This document shows, piece after piece, positions 53,101 to 64,000 of a stretch of DNA of 64,000 bases. How positions within the stretch are numbered: the stretch's first letter is position 1; each line of letters begins with the position of its first letter. The stretch lies in the NCBI RefSeq assembly GCF_009914755.1, contig NC_060943.1; one strand, given 5' to 3'. A model generated the notes under the pieces. It saw only the letters and a program-made list of their open reading frames with translations, did not search any database and was not told where the DNA came from. This stretch comes from the human T2T-CHM13v2.0 reference genome, Homo sapiens. Both the position numbers and the translations under genes were made by a program.

Positions 53101-56100
53101 AACGGGATTTCTTCATATTCTGCTATACAGAAGAATTCTCAGAAACTTCCTTGTGTTGTGTGTTTTCACCTCACAGAGTTGAACGATGCTTTACACAGAG
53201 TAGACTTGAAACACTCTTTTTGTGGAATTTGCAAGTGGAGATTTCAGCCGCTTTGAGGTCAATGGTAGAAAAGGAAATATCTTCGTTTAAAAACTAGACA
53301 GAATGATTCTCAGAAACTCCTTTGTGATGTGTGCGTTCAACTCACAGAGTTTAACCTTTCTTTTCATAGAGCAGTTAGGAAACACTCTGTTTGTAAAGTC
53401 TGCAAGTGGATATTCAGACCTCTTTGAGGCCTTCGTTGGAAACGGGATTTCTTCATTTTCTGCTAGAGAGAAGAATTCTCAGTAACTTCCTTGTGTTGTG
53501 TGTATTAAACTCAAAGAGTTCAACGATCCTTTACACAGAGCAGACTTGAAACACTCTTTTTGTGGAATTTGCAAGTGGAGATTTCAGCCGCTTTGAGGTC
53601 AATGGTAGAAAAGGAAATATCTTCGTATAAAAACTAGACAGAATGATTCTCAGAAACTCCTTTGTGATGTGTGCGTTCAACTCACAGAGTTTAACCTTTC
53701 TTTTCAGAGAGCAGTTAGGAAACACTCTGTTTGTAAAGTCTGCAAGTGGATATTCAGACCTCCTTGAGGCCTTCTTTGGAAACGGGATTTCTTCATATTC
53801 TGCTAGACAGAAGAATTCTCAGTAACTTCCTTGTGTTGTGTGTATTCAACTCACAGAGTTGAACGATCCTTTACACAGAGCAGACTTGAAACACTCTTCT
53901 TGTGGAATTTGCAAGTGGAGATTTCAGCCGCTTTGAGGTCAATTGTAGAATGGGAAATATCTTCCTATAGAAACTAGACAGAATGATTCTCAGAAACTCC
54001 TTTGTGATGTGTGCGTTCAACTCACAGAGTTTAACCTTTCTTTTCATAGAGCAGTTAGGAAACACTCTGTTTGTAAAGTCTGCAAGTGGATATTCAGACC
54101 TCCTTGAGGCCTTCGTTGGAAACGGTATTTCTTCATATTCTGCTATACAGAAGAATTCTCAGAACCTTCCTTGTGTTGTGTGTTTTCACCTCACAGAGTT
54201 GAACGATGCTTTACACAGAGTAGACTTGAAACACTCTTTTTGTGGAATTTTCAAGTGGAGATTTCAGCCGCTTTGAGGTCAATGGTAGAAAAGGAAATAT
54301 CTTCGTTTAAAAACTAGACAGAATGATTCTCAGAAACTCCTTTGTGATGTGTGCGTTCAACTCACAGAGTTTAACCTTTCTTTTCATAGAGCAGTTAGGA
54401 AACACTCTGTTTGTAAAGTCTGCAAGTGGATATTCAGACCTCTTTGAGGCCTTCGTTGGAAACGGGATTTCTTCATATTCTGCTAGAGAGAAGAATTCTC
54501 AGTAACTTCCTTGTGTTGTGTGTATTAAACTCAAAGAGTTCAACAATCCTTTACACAGAGCAGACTTGAAACACTCTTTTTGTGGAATTTGCAAGTGGAG
54601 ATTTCAGCCGCTTTGAGGTCAATGGTAGAATAGGAAATATCTTCCTATAGAAACTAGACAGAATGATTCTCAGAAACTCCTTTGTGATGTGTGCGTTCAA
54701 CTCACAGAGTTTAACCTTTCTTTTCATAGAGCAGTTAGGAAACACTCTGTGTGTAAAGTCTGCAAGTGGATATTCAGACCTCATTGAGGCCTTCGTTGGA
54801 AACGGGATTTCTTCATATTATGCTAGACAGAAGAATTCTCAGTAACTTCCTTGTATTGTGTGTATTCAACTGACAGAGTTGAACGATCCTTTACACAGAG
54901 CAGACTTGAAACACTCTTTTTGAGGAATTTGCAAGTGGAGATTTCAGCCGCTTTGAGGTCAATGGTAGAATAGGAAATATCTTCGTATAAAAACTAGACA
55001 GAATGATTCTCAGAAACTCCTTTGTGATGTGTGTGTTCAACTCACAGAGTTTAACTTTTCTTTTCATAGAGCAGTTAGGAAACACTCTGTTTGTAAAGTC
55101 TGCAAGTGGATATTCAGACCTCCTTGAGGCCTTCGTTGGAAACGGGATTTCTTCATATTCTGCTAGACAGAAGAATTCTCAGAAACTTCCTTGTGTTGTG
55201 TGTTTTCAAGTCACAGAGTTGAACGATCCTTTACACAGAGCAGACTTGAAACACTCTTTTTGTGGAATTTGCAAGTGGAGATTTCAGCCGCTTTGAGGTC
55301 AATGGTAGAAAAGGAAATATCTTCGTATAAAAACTAGACAGAATGATTCTCAGAAACTCCTTTGTGATGAGTGCGTTCAACTCACAGAGTTTAACCTTTC
55401 TTTTCATAGAGCAGTTGGGAAACACTCTGTTTGTAAAGTCTGCAAGTGGATATTCAGACCTCTTTGAGGCCTTCGTTGGAAACGGGATTTCTTCATATTC
55501 TGCTAGACAGAAGAATTCTCAGTAACTTCCTTGTGTTTTGTGTATTCAACTCACAGAGTTGAATGATCCTTTACGCAGAACAGACTTGAAACACTCTTTT
55601 TGTGGAATTTGCAAGTGGAGATTTCAGCCGCTTTGAGGTCAATGGTAGAAAAGGAAATATATTCGTATAAAAACTAGACAGAATGATTCTCAGAAACTCC
55701 TTTGTGATGTGTGCGTTCAACTCACAGAGTTTAACCTTTCTTTTCATAGAGCAGTTAGGAAACACTCTGTTTGTAAAGTCTGCAAGTGGATATTCAGACC
55801 TCTTTGAGGCCTTCATTGGAAACTGGATTTCTTCATATTCTGCTAGACAGAAGAATTCTCAGTAACTTCCTTGTGTTGTGTGTATTCAACTCACAGAGTT
55901 GAACGATCCTTTACACAGAGCAGACTTGAAACACTCTTCTTGTGGAATTTGCAAGTGGAGATTTCAGCCGCTTTGTGGTCAATGGTAGAAAAGGAAATAT
56001 CTTCGTATAAAAACTAGACAGAATGATTCTCAGAAACTCCTTTGTGATGTGTGCGTTCAACTCACAGAGTTTAACCTTTCTTTTCATAGAGCAGTTAGGA

Positions 56101-56894
56101 AACACTCTGTTTGTAAAGTCTGCAAGTGGATATTGAGACCTCCTTGAGGCCTTCGTTGGAAACGGGATTTCTTCATATTATGCTAGACAGAAGAATTCTC
56201 AGTAACTTCCTTGTGTTGTGTGTATTCAACTCACAGAGTTGAACGATCCTTTACACAGAGGATTCTTGAAACACTCTTCTTGTGGAATTTGCAAGTGGAG
56301 ATTTCAGCCACTTTGAGGTCAATGGTAGAATAGGAAATATCTTCCTATAGAAACTAGACAGAATGATTCTCAGAAACTCCTTTGTGATGTGTGCGTTCAA
56401 CTCACAGAGTTTAACCTTTCTTTTCATAGAGCAGTTAGGAAACACTCTGTTTCTAAAGTCTGCAAGTGGATATTCAGACCTCCTTGAGGCCTTCTTTGGA
56501 AACGGGATTTCTTCATATTTTGCTAGACAGAAGAATTCTCAGTAACTTCCTTGTGTTGTGTGTATTCAACTCACAGAGTTGAATGATCCTTTACACAGAG
56601 CAGACTTGAAACACTCTTTTTGTGGAATTTGCAAGTGGAGATTTCAGCCGCTTTGTGGTCAATGGTAGAATAGGAAATATCTCCCTATAGAAACTAGACA
56701 GAATGATTCTCAGAAACTCCTTTGTGATGTGTGCGTTCAACTCACAGAGTTTAAACTTTCTTTTCATAGAGCAGTTAGGAAACACTCTGTTTGTAAAGTC
56801 TGCAAGTGGATATTCAGACCTCCTTGAGGCCTTCGTTGGAAACGGGATTTCTTCATATTATGCTAGACAGAAGAATTCTCAGTAACTTCCTTGT
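50151..56894 (+). repeat. Duplicated block ~50151-52474 / ~54571-56894, offset 4420 bp (13 dimers)
   Basis: ORF starts 50243/54663, 51151/55571, 51831/56251, 52171/56591. Shared CTGTGTGTAAAG, TTACGCAGAA, CTTCATTGGAAACTGG and TATTGAGACC. Confidence 0.92.
52960..54545 (+). repeat. Local 1020-bp (3-dimer) duplication
   Basis: TGTTTTCACC at 53161/54181, CTTCGTTTAA at 53281/54301, TGTATTAAACTCAAAG at 53501/54521. Confidence 0.85.
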
Positions 56895-56929
56895 GTTGTG
56901 TGTATTCAACTCACAGAGTTGAACGATCC

Positions 56930-59100
56930 TTTACACAGAGCATTCTTGAAACACTCTTCTTGTGGAATTTGCAAGTGGAGATTTCAGCCGCTTTGAGGTC
57001 AATGGTAGAATAGGAAATATCTTCCTAGAGAAACTAGACAGAATGATTCTCAGAAACTCCTTTGTGATGTGTGCGTTTAACTCACAGAGTTTAAGCTTTC
57101 TTTTCGTAGAGCAGTTAGGAAACACTCTGTTTGTAAAGTCTGCAAGTGGATATTCAGACCTCCTTGAGGCCTTCTTTGGAAACGGGATTTCTTCATATTA
57201 TGCTAGACAGAAGAATTCTCAGTAACTTCCTTGTGTTGTGTGTATTCAACTCACGGAGTTGAACGAAACTTTACACAGAGCAGACTTGAAACACTCTTTT
57301 TGTGGAATTTGCAAGTGGAGATTTCAGCCGCTTTGTGGTCAATGGTAGAATAGGAAATATCTTCCTATAGAAACTAGACAGAATGATTCTCAGAAACTCC
57401 TTTGTGATGTGTGCGTTCAACTCACAGAGTTTAGCCTTTCTTTTCATAGAGCAGTTAGGAAACACTCTGTTTGTACAGTCTGCAAGTGGATATTCAGACC
57501 TCCTTGAGGCCTTCGTTGGAAACGGGATTTCTTCATATTCTGCTATACAGAAGAATTCTCAGAAACTTCCTTGTGTTGTGTGTTTTCAACTCACAGAGTT
57601 GAACGATGCTTTACACAGAGTAGACTTGAAACACTCTTTTTGTGGAATTTGCAAGTGGAGATTTCAGCCGCTTTGAGGTCAATGGTAGAAAAGGAAATAT
57701 CTTCGTTTAAAAACTAGACAGAATGATTCTCAGAAACTCCTTTGTGATGTGTGCGTTCAACTCACAGAGTTTAACCTTTCTTTTCATAGAGCAGTTAGGA
57801 AACACTCTGTTTGTAATGTCTGCAAGTGGATATTCAGACCTCTTTGAGGCCTTCGTTGGAAACGGGATTTCTTCATATTACGCTAGACAGAAAAATTCTC
57901 AGTAACTTCCTTGTATTCTGTGTATTCAACTCTCAGAGTTGAATGATCCTTTACACAGAGCATACTTGAAACACTCTTCTTGTGGAATTTGCAAGTGGAG
58001 ATTTCAGCCGCTTTGAGGTCAATTGTAGAATAGGAAATATCTTCCTATAGAAACTAGACAGAATGATTCTCAGAAACTCCTTTGTGATGTGTGCGTTCAA
58101 CTCACAGAGTTTAACCTTTCTTTTCATAGAGCAGTTAGGAAACACTCTGTTTGTAAAGTCTGCAAGTGGATATTCAGACATCTTTGAGGTCTTCGTTGGA
58201 AACGGGATTTCTTCATATTATGCTAGAGAGAAGAATTCTCAGTAACTTCCTTGTGTTGTGTGTATTCAACTCACAGAGTTGAACGATCCTTTACACAGAG
58301 CAGACTTGAAACACTCTTCTTGTGGAATTTGCAAGTGGAGATTTCAGCCGCTTTGAGGTCAATTGTAGAATAGGAAATATCTTCTTATAGAAACTAGACA
58401 GAATGATTGTCAGAAACTCCTTTGTGATGTGTGCGTTCAACTCACAGAGTTTAACCTTTCTTTTCATAGAGCAGTTAGGAAACACTCTGTTTGTAAAGTC
58501 TGCAAGTGGATATTCAGACATCCTTGAGGCCTTCGTTGGAAACGGGATTTCTTCATATTATGCTAGACAGAAGAATTCTCAGTAACTTCCTTGTGTTGTG
58601 TGTATTCAACTCACAGAGTTGAACGATCCTTTACACAGAGCATTCTTGAAACACTCTTCTTGTGGAATTTGCAAGTGGAGATTTCAGCCGCTTTGAGGTC
58701 AATGGTAGAATAGGAAATATCTTCCTAGAGAAACTAGACAGAATGATTCTCAGAAACTCCTTTGTGATGTGTGCGTTTAACTCACAGAGTTTAAGCTTTC
58801 TTTTCATAGAGCAGTTAGGAAACACTCTGTTTGTAAAGTCTGCAAGTGGATATTCAGACCTCCTTGAGGCCTTCTTTGGAAACGTGATTTCTTCATATTA
58901 TGCTAGACAGAAGAATTCTCAGTAACTTCCTTGTGTTGTGTGTATTCAACTCACGGAGTTGAACGAAACTTTACACAGAGCAGACTTGAAACACTCTTTT
59001 TGTGGAATTTGCAAGTGGAGATTTCAGCCGCTTTGTGGTCAATGGTAGAATAGGAAATATCTTCCTATAGAAACTAGACAGAATGATTCTCAGAAACTCC
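56930..59100 (+). repeat. Local 1700-bp-offset (5-dimer) duplication
   Basis: CATTCTTGAA, CTTCCTAGAG, GTGCGTTTAA, TTAAGCTTTC and TCACGGAGTTGAACGAAACT shared by ~56940-57400 and ~58640-59100. Confidence 0.85.
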
Positions 59101-62100
59101 TTTGTGATGTGTGCGTTCAACTCACAGAGTTTAACCTTTCTTTTCATAGAGCAGTTAGGAAACACTCTGTTTGTAAAGTCTGCAAGTGGATATTCAGATC
59201 TCCTTGAGGCCTTCTTTGGAAACGGGATTTCTTCATATTATGCTAGACAGAAGAATTCTCAGTAACTTCCTTGTGTTGTGTGTATTCAACTCACAGAGTT
59301 GAACGATCCTTTACACAGAGCAGACTTGAAACACTCTTTTTGTGGAATTTGCAAGTGGAGATTTCAGCCGCTTTGTGGTCAATGGTAGAATAGGAAATAT
59401 CTTCCTATAGAAACTAGACAGAATGATTCTCAGAAACTCCTTTGTGATGTGTGCGTTCAACTCACAGAGTTTAACCTTTCTTTTCATAGAGCAGTTAGGA
59501 AACACTCTGTTTGTAAAGTCTGCAAGTGGATATTCAGACCTCCTTGAGGCCTTCGTTGGAAACGGGATTTCTTCATATTATGCTAGACAGAAGAATTCTC
59601 AGTAACTTCCTTGTGTTGTGTGTATTCAACTCACAGAGTTGAACGATCCTTTACACAGAGCAGACTTGAAACACTCTTTTAGTGGAATTTGCAAGTGGAG
59701 ATTTCAGCCGCTTTGAGGTCAATGGTAGAATAGGAAATATCTTCCTATAGAAACTAGACAGAATGATTCTCAGAAACTCCTTTGTGATGTGTGCGTTCAA
59801 CTCACAGAGTTTAACCTTTCTTTTCATAGAGCAGTTAGGAAACACTCTGTTTGTAAAGTCTGCAAGTGGATATTCAGACATCTTTGAGGCTTTCGTTGGA
59901 AACGGGATTTCTTCATAGTCTGCTATACAGAAGAATTCTCAGAAACTTCCTTGTGTTCTGTGTTTTCAACTCACAGAGTTGAACGATGCTTTACACAGAG
60001 TAGACTTGAAACACTCTTTTTGTGGAATTTGCAAGTGGAGTTTTCAGCCGCTTTGAGGTCAATGGTAGAAAAGGAAATATCTTCGTATAAAAACTAGACA
60101 GAATGATTCTCAGAAACTACTTTGTGATGTGTGCGTTCAACTCACAGAGTTTAACCTTTCTTTTCATAGAGCAGTTAGGAAACACTCTGTTTGTAAAGTC
60201 TGAAAGTGGATATTCAGACCTCTTTGAGGCCTTCGTTGGAAACGGGATTTCTTCATATTCTGCTAGAGAGAAGAATTCTCAGTAACTTCCTTGTGTTGTG
60301 TGTATTCAACTCACAGAGTTGAACGATCCTTTACACAGAGCAGACTTGAAACACTCTTTTTGTGGAATTTGCAAGTGGAGATTTCAGCCGCTTTGAGGTC
60401 AATGGTAGAAAAGGAAATATCTTCGTATAAAAACTAGACAGAATGATTCTCAGAAACTCCTTTGTGATGGGTGCGTTCAACTCACAGAGTTTAACCTTTC
60501 TTTTCATAGAGCAGTTAGGAAACACTCTGTTTGTAAAGTCTGCAAGTGGATATTCAGACCTCCTTGAGGCCTTCTTTGGAAACGGGATTTCTTCATATTA
60601 TGCTAGACAGAAGAATTCTCAGTAACTTCCTGGTGTTGTGTGTATTCAACTCACAGAGTTGAACGATCCTTTACACAGAGCAGACTTGAAACACTCTTTT
60701 TGTGGAATTTGCAAGTGGAGATTTCAGCCGCTTTGTGGTCAATGGTAGAATAGGAAATATCTTCCTATAGAAACTAGACAGAATGATTCTCAGAAACTCC
60801 TTTGTGATGTGTGCGTTCAACTCACAGAGTTTAACCTTTCTTTTCATAGAGCAGTTAGGAAACACTCTGTTTGTAAAGTCTGCAAGTGGATATTCAGACC
60901 TCCTTGAGGCCTTCGTAGGAAACGGGATTTCTTCATATTATGCTAGACAGAAGAATTCTCAGTAACTTCCTTGTATTGTGTGTATTCAACTCACAGAGTT
61001 GAACGATCCTTTACACAGAGCATACTTGAAACACTCTTCTTGTGGAATTTGCAAGTGGAGATTTCAGCCGCTTTGAGGTCAATGGTAGAATAGGAAATAT
61101 CTTCCTATAGAAACTAGACAGAATGATTCTCAGAAACTCCTTTGTGATGTGTGCGTTCAACTCACAGAGTTTAACCTTTCTTTTCATAGAGCAGTTAGGA
61201 AACACTCTGTTTGTAAAGTCTGAAAGTGGATATTCAGACCTCTTTGAGGCCTTCGTTGGAAACGGGATTTCTTCATATTCTGCTAGAGAGAAGAATTCTC
61301 AGTAACTTCCTTGTGTTGTGTGTATTCAACTCACAGAGTTCAACGATCCTTTACACAGAGCAGACTTGAAACACTCTTTTTGTGGAATTTGCAAGTGGAG
61401 ATTTCAGCCGCTTTGAGGTCAATGGTAGAAAAGGAAATATCTTCGTATAAAAACTAGACAGAATGATTCTCAGAAACTCCTTTGTGATGTGTGCGTTCAA
61501 CTCACAGAGTTTAACCTTTCTTTTCATAGAGCAGTGAGGAAACACTCTGTTTGTAAAGTCTGCAAGTGGATATTCAGACCTCCTTGATGCCTTCGTTGGA
61601 AACGGGATTTCTTCATATTATGCTAGACAGAAGAATTCTCAGTAACTTCCTTGTGTTGTGTGTATTCAACTCACAGAGTTGAACGATCCTTTACACAGAG
61701 CAGTCTTGAAACACTCTTGTTGTGGAATTTGCAAGTGGAGATTTCAGCCGCTTTGAGGTCAATGGTAGAATAGGAAATATGTTCCTATAGAAACTAGACA
61801 GAATGATTCTCAGAAACTCCTTTGTGATGTGTGCGTTCAACTCACAGAGTTTAACCTTTCTTTTCATAGAGCAGTTAGGAAACACTCTGTTTGTAAAGTC
61901 TGCAAGTGGATATTCAGACCTCTTTGAGGCCTTCGTTGGAAACGGGATTTCTTCATATTCTGCTAGAGAGAAGAATTCTCAGTAACTTACTTGTGTTGTG
62001 TGTATTCAACTCACAGAGTTCAACGATCCTTTACACAGAGCAGACTTGAAACACTCTTTTTGTGGAATTTGCAAGTGGAGATTTCAGCCGCTTTGAGGTC

Positions 62101-64000
62101 AATGGTAGAAAAGGAAATATCTTCGTATAAAAACTAAACAGAATGATTCTCAGAAACTCCTTTGTGATGTGTGCGTTCAACTCACAGAGTTTAACCTTTC
62201 TTTTCATAGAGCAGTTAGGAAACACTCTGTTTGTAAAGTCTGCAAGTGGATATTCAGACCTCCTTGATGCCTTCGTTGGAAAAGGGATTTCTTCATATTA
62301 TGCTAGACAGAAAAATTCTCAGTAACTTCCTTGTGTTGTGTGTATTCAACTCACAGAGTTGATCGATCCTTTACACAGAGCATACTTGAAACACTCTTCT
62401 TGTGGAATCTGCAAGTGGAGATTTCAGCCGCTTTGAGGTCAATGGTAGAATAGGAAATATCTTCCTATAGAAACTAGACAGAATGATTCTCAGAAACTCC
62501 TTTGTGATGGGTGCGTTCAACTCACAGAGTTTAACCTTTCTTTTCATAGAGCAGTTAGGAAACACTCTGTTTGTAAAGTCTGCAAGTGGATATTCAGACC
62601 TCTTTGAGGCCTTCTTTGGAAACGGGATTTCTTCATATTATGCTAGACAGAAGAATTCTCAGTAACTTCCTTGTGTTGTGTGTATTCAACTCACAGAGTT
62701 GAACGATCCTTTACACAGAGCAGACTTGAAACACTCTTTTTGTGGAATTTGCAAGTGGAGATTTCAGCCGCTTTGTGGTCAATGGTAGAATAGGAAATAT
62801 CTTCCTATAGAAACTAGACAGAATGATTCTCAGAAACTCCTTTGTGATGTGTGCGTTCAACTCACAGAGTTTAACCTTTCTTTTCATAGAGCAGTTAGGA
62901 AACACTCTGTTTGTAAAGTCTGCAAGTGGATATTCAGACCTCCTTGAGGCCTTCGTTGGAAACGGGATTTCTTCATATTATGCTAGAGAGAAGAATTCTC
63001 AGTAACTTACTTGTGTTGTGTGTATTCAACTCACAGAGTTCAACGATCCTTTACACAGAGCAGACTTGAAACACTCTTTTTGTGGAATTTGCAAGTGGAG
63101 ATTTCAGCCGCTTTGAGGTCAATGGTAGAAAAGGAAATATCTTCGTATAAAAACTAGACAGAATGATTCTCAGAAACTCCTTTGTGATGTGTGCGTTCAA
63201 CTCACAGAGTTTAACCTTTCTTTTCATAGAGCAGTTAGGAAACACTCTGTTTGTAAAGTCTGCAAGTGGATATTCAGACCTCTTGATGCCTTCGTTGGAA
63301 AAGGGATTTCTTCATATTATGCTAGACAGAAGAATTCTCAGTAACTTCCTTGTGTTGTGTGTATTCAACTCACAGAGTTGATCGATCCTTTACACAGAGC
63401 AGACTTGAAACACTCTTTTTGTGGAATTTGCAAGTGGAGATTTCAGCCGCTTTGTGGTCAATGGTAGAATAGGAAATATCTTCCTATAGAAACTAGACAG
63501 AATGATTCTCAGAAACTCCTTTGTGATGTGTGCGTTCAACTCACAGAGTTTAACCTTTCTTTTCATAGAGCAGTTAGGAAACACTCTGTTTGTAAAGTCT
63601 GCAAGTGGATATTCAGACCTCCTTGAGGCCTTCGTTGGAAACGGGATTTCTTCATATTATGCTAGACAGAAGAATTCTCAGTAACTTCCTTGTGTTGTGT
63701 GTATTCAACTCACAGAGTTGAACGATCCTCTACACAGAGCAGACTTGAAACACTCTTTTAGTGGAATTTGCAAGTGGAGATTTCAGCCGCTTTGAGGTCA
63801 ATGGTAGAATAGGAAATATCTTCCTATAGAAACTAGACAGAATGATTCTCAGAAACTCCTTTGTGATGTGTGCGTTCAACTCACAGAGTTTAACCTTTCT
63901 TTTCATAGAGCAGTTAGGAAACACTCTGTTTGTAAAGTCTGCAAGTGGATATTCAGACATCTTTGAGGCTTTCGTTGGAAACGGGATTTCTTCATAGTCT

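Larger units (their letters stand above)
1..64000 (+). repeat. Centromeric alpha-satellite array, SF1 340-bp dimer (D1Z7/D5Z2/D19Z3-like, S1C1/5/19H1L), ~188 dimers, continuing past both window edges
   Basis: Motifs TCAACTCACAGAGTT and GCAAGTGGA recur at alternating 171/169-bp spacing (e.g. 151, 322, 491). The ORF track repeats every 340 bp, a CENP-B box sits in every second monomer, and GAATTC occurs about once per dimer. The subfamily call is from recalled consensus, not a database search. Confidence 0.98.

Noticed and set aside
176-63960. Hundreds of 60-173 aa ORFs on both strands (MILRNSFVMCAF..., MFPNCSMKRKVK...)
   Set aside because: They are translations of the satellite unit. They recur every 340 bp, are freely broken by stops and frameshifts, and show no recognisable domain or gene structure.
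1-64000. CRISPR-like or diversity-cassette interpretation of the regular repeats
   Set aside because: There are no unique spacers or associated genes, and all sequence is alphoid monomer.
1-64000. Embedded L1/Alu insertion, inversion or non-satellite island
   Set aside because: The 340-bp phase and orientation are continuous, and the total drift of -26 bp is fully explained by small indels.
1-64000. Assignment to one chromosome (1, 5 or 19) or to the kinetochore-forming subregion
   Set aside because: The HOR family is shared by these chromosomes, and kinetochore position is epigenetic. Mapping and chromatin data are needed.

Overview
The whole 64-kb window is a single head-to-tail, unidirectional array of primate (human-type) centromeric alpha satellite. 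It is built from a 340-bp dimer (171 + 169 bp monomers, about 188 copies). One monomer carries a CENP-B box, the other an A-type/pJ-alpha-like site, and nearly every dimer has an EcoRI site. This matches suprachromosomal family 1 (J1/J2) and most closely the D1Z7/D5Z2/D19Z3 (S1C1/5/19H1L) live array; the chromosome cannot be determined from this window. I saw no genes, RNA genes, transposon insertions, inversions or CRISPR, and all supplied ORFs are translation artefacts of the repeat. I found no evidence of a new gene system. The information lies in the variant pattern: a latent 3-dimer (1020-bp) period, nested recent duplications (offsets of 15, 15, 19, 12, 13, 5 and 3 dimers), a haplotype-domain boundary near 25-28 kb, uneven CENP-B box integrity, and linked SNPs that switch a 7-bp dyad on or off. 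Counts were made by eye and are approximate.
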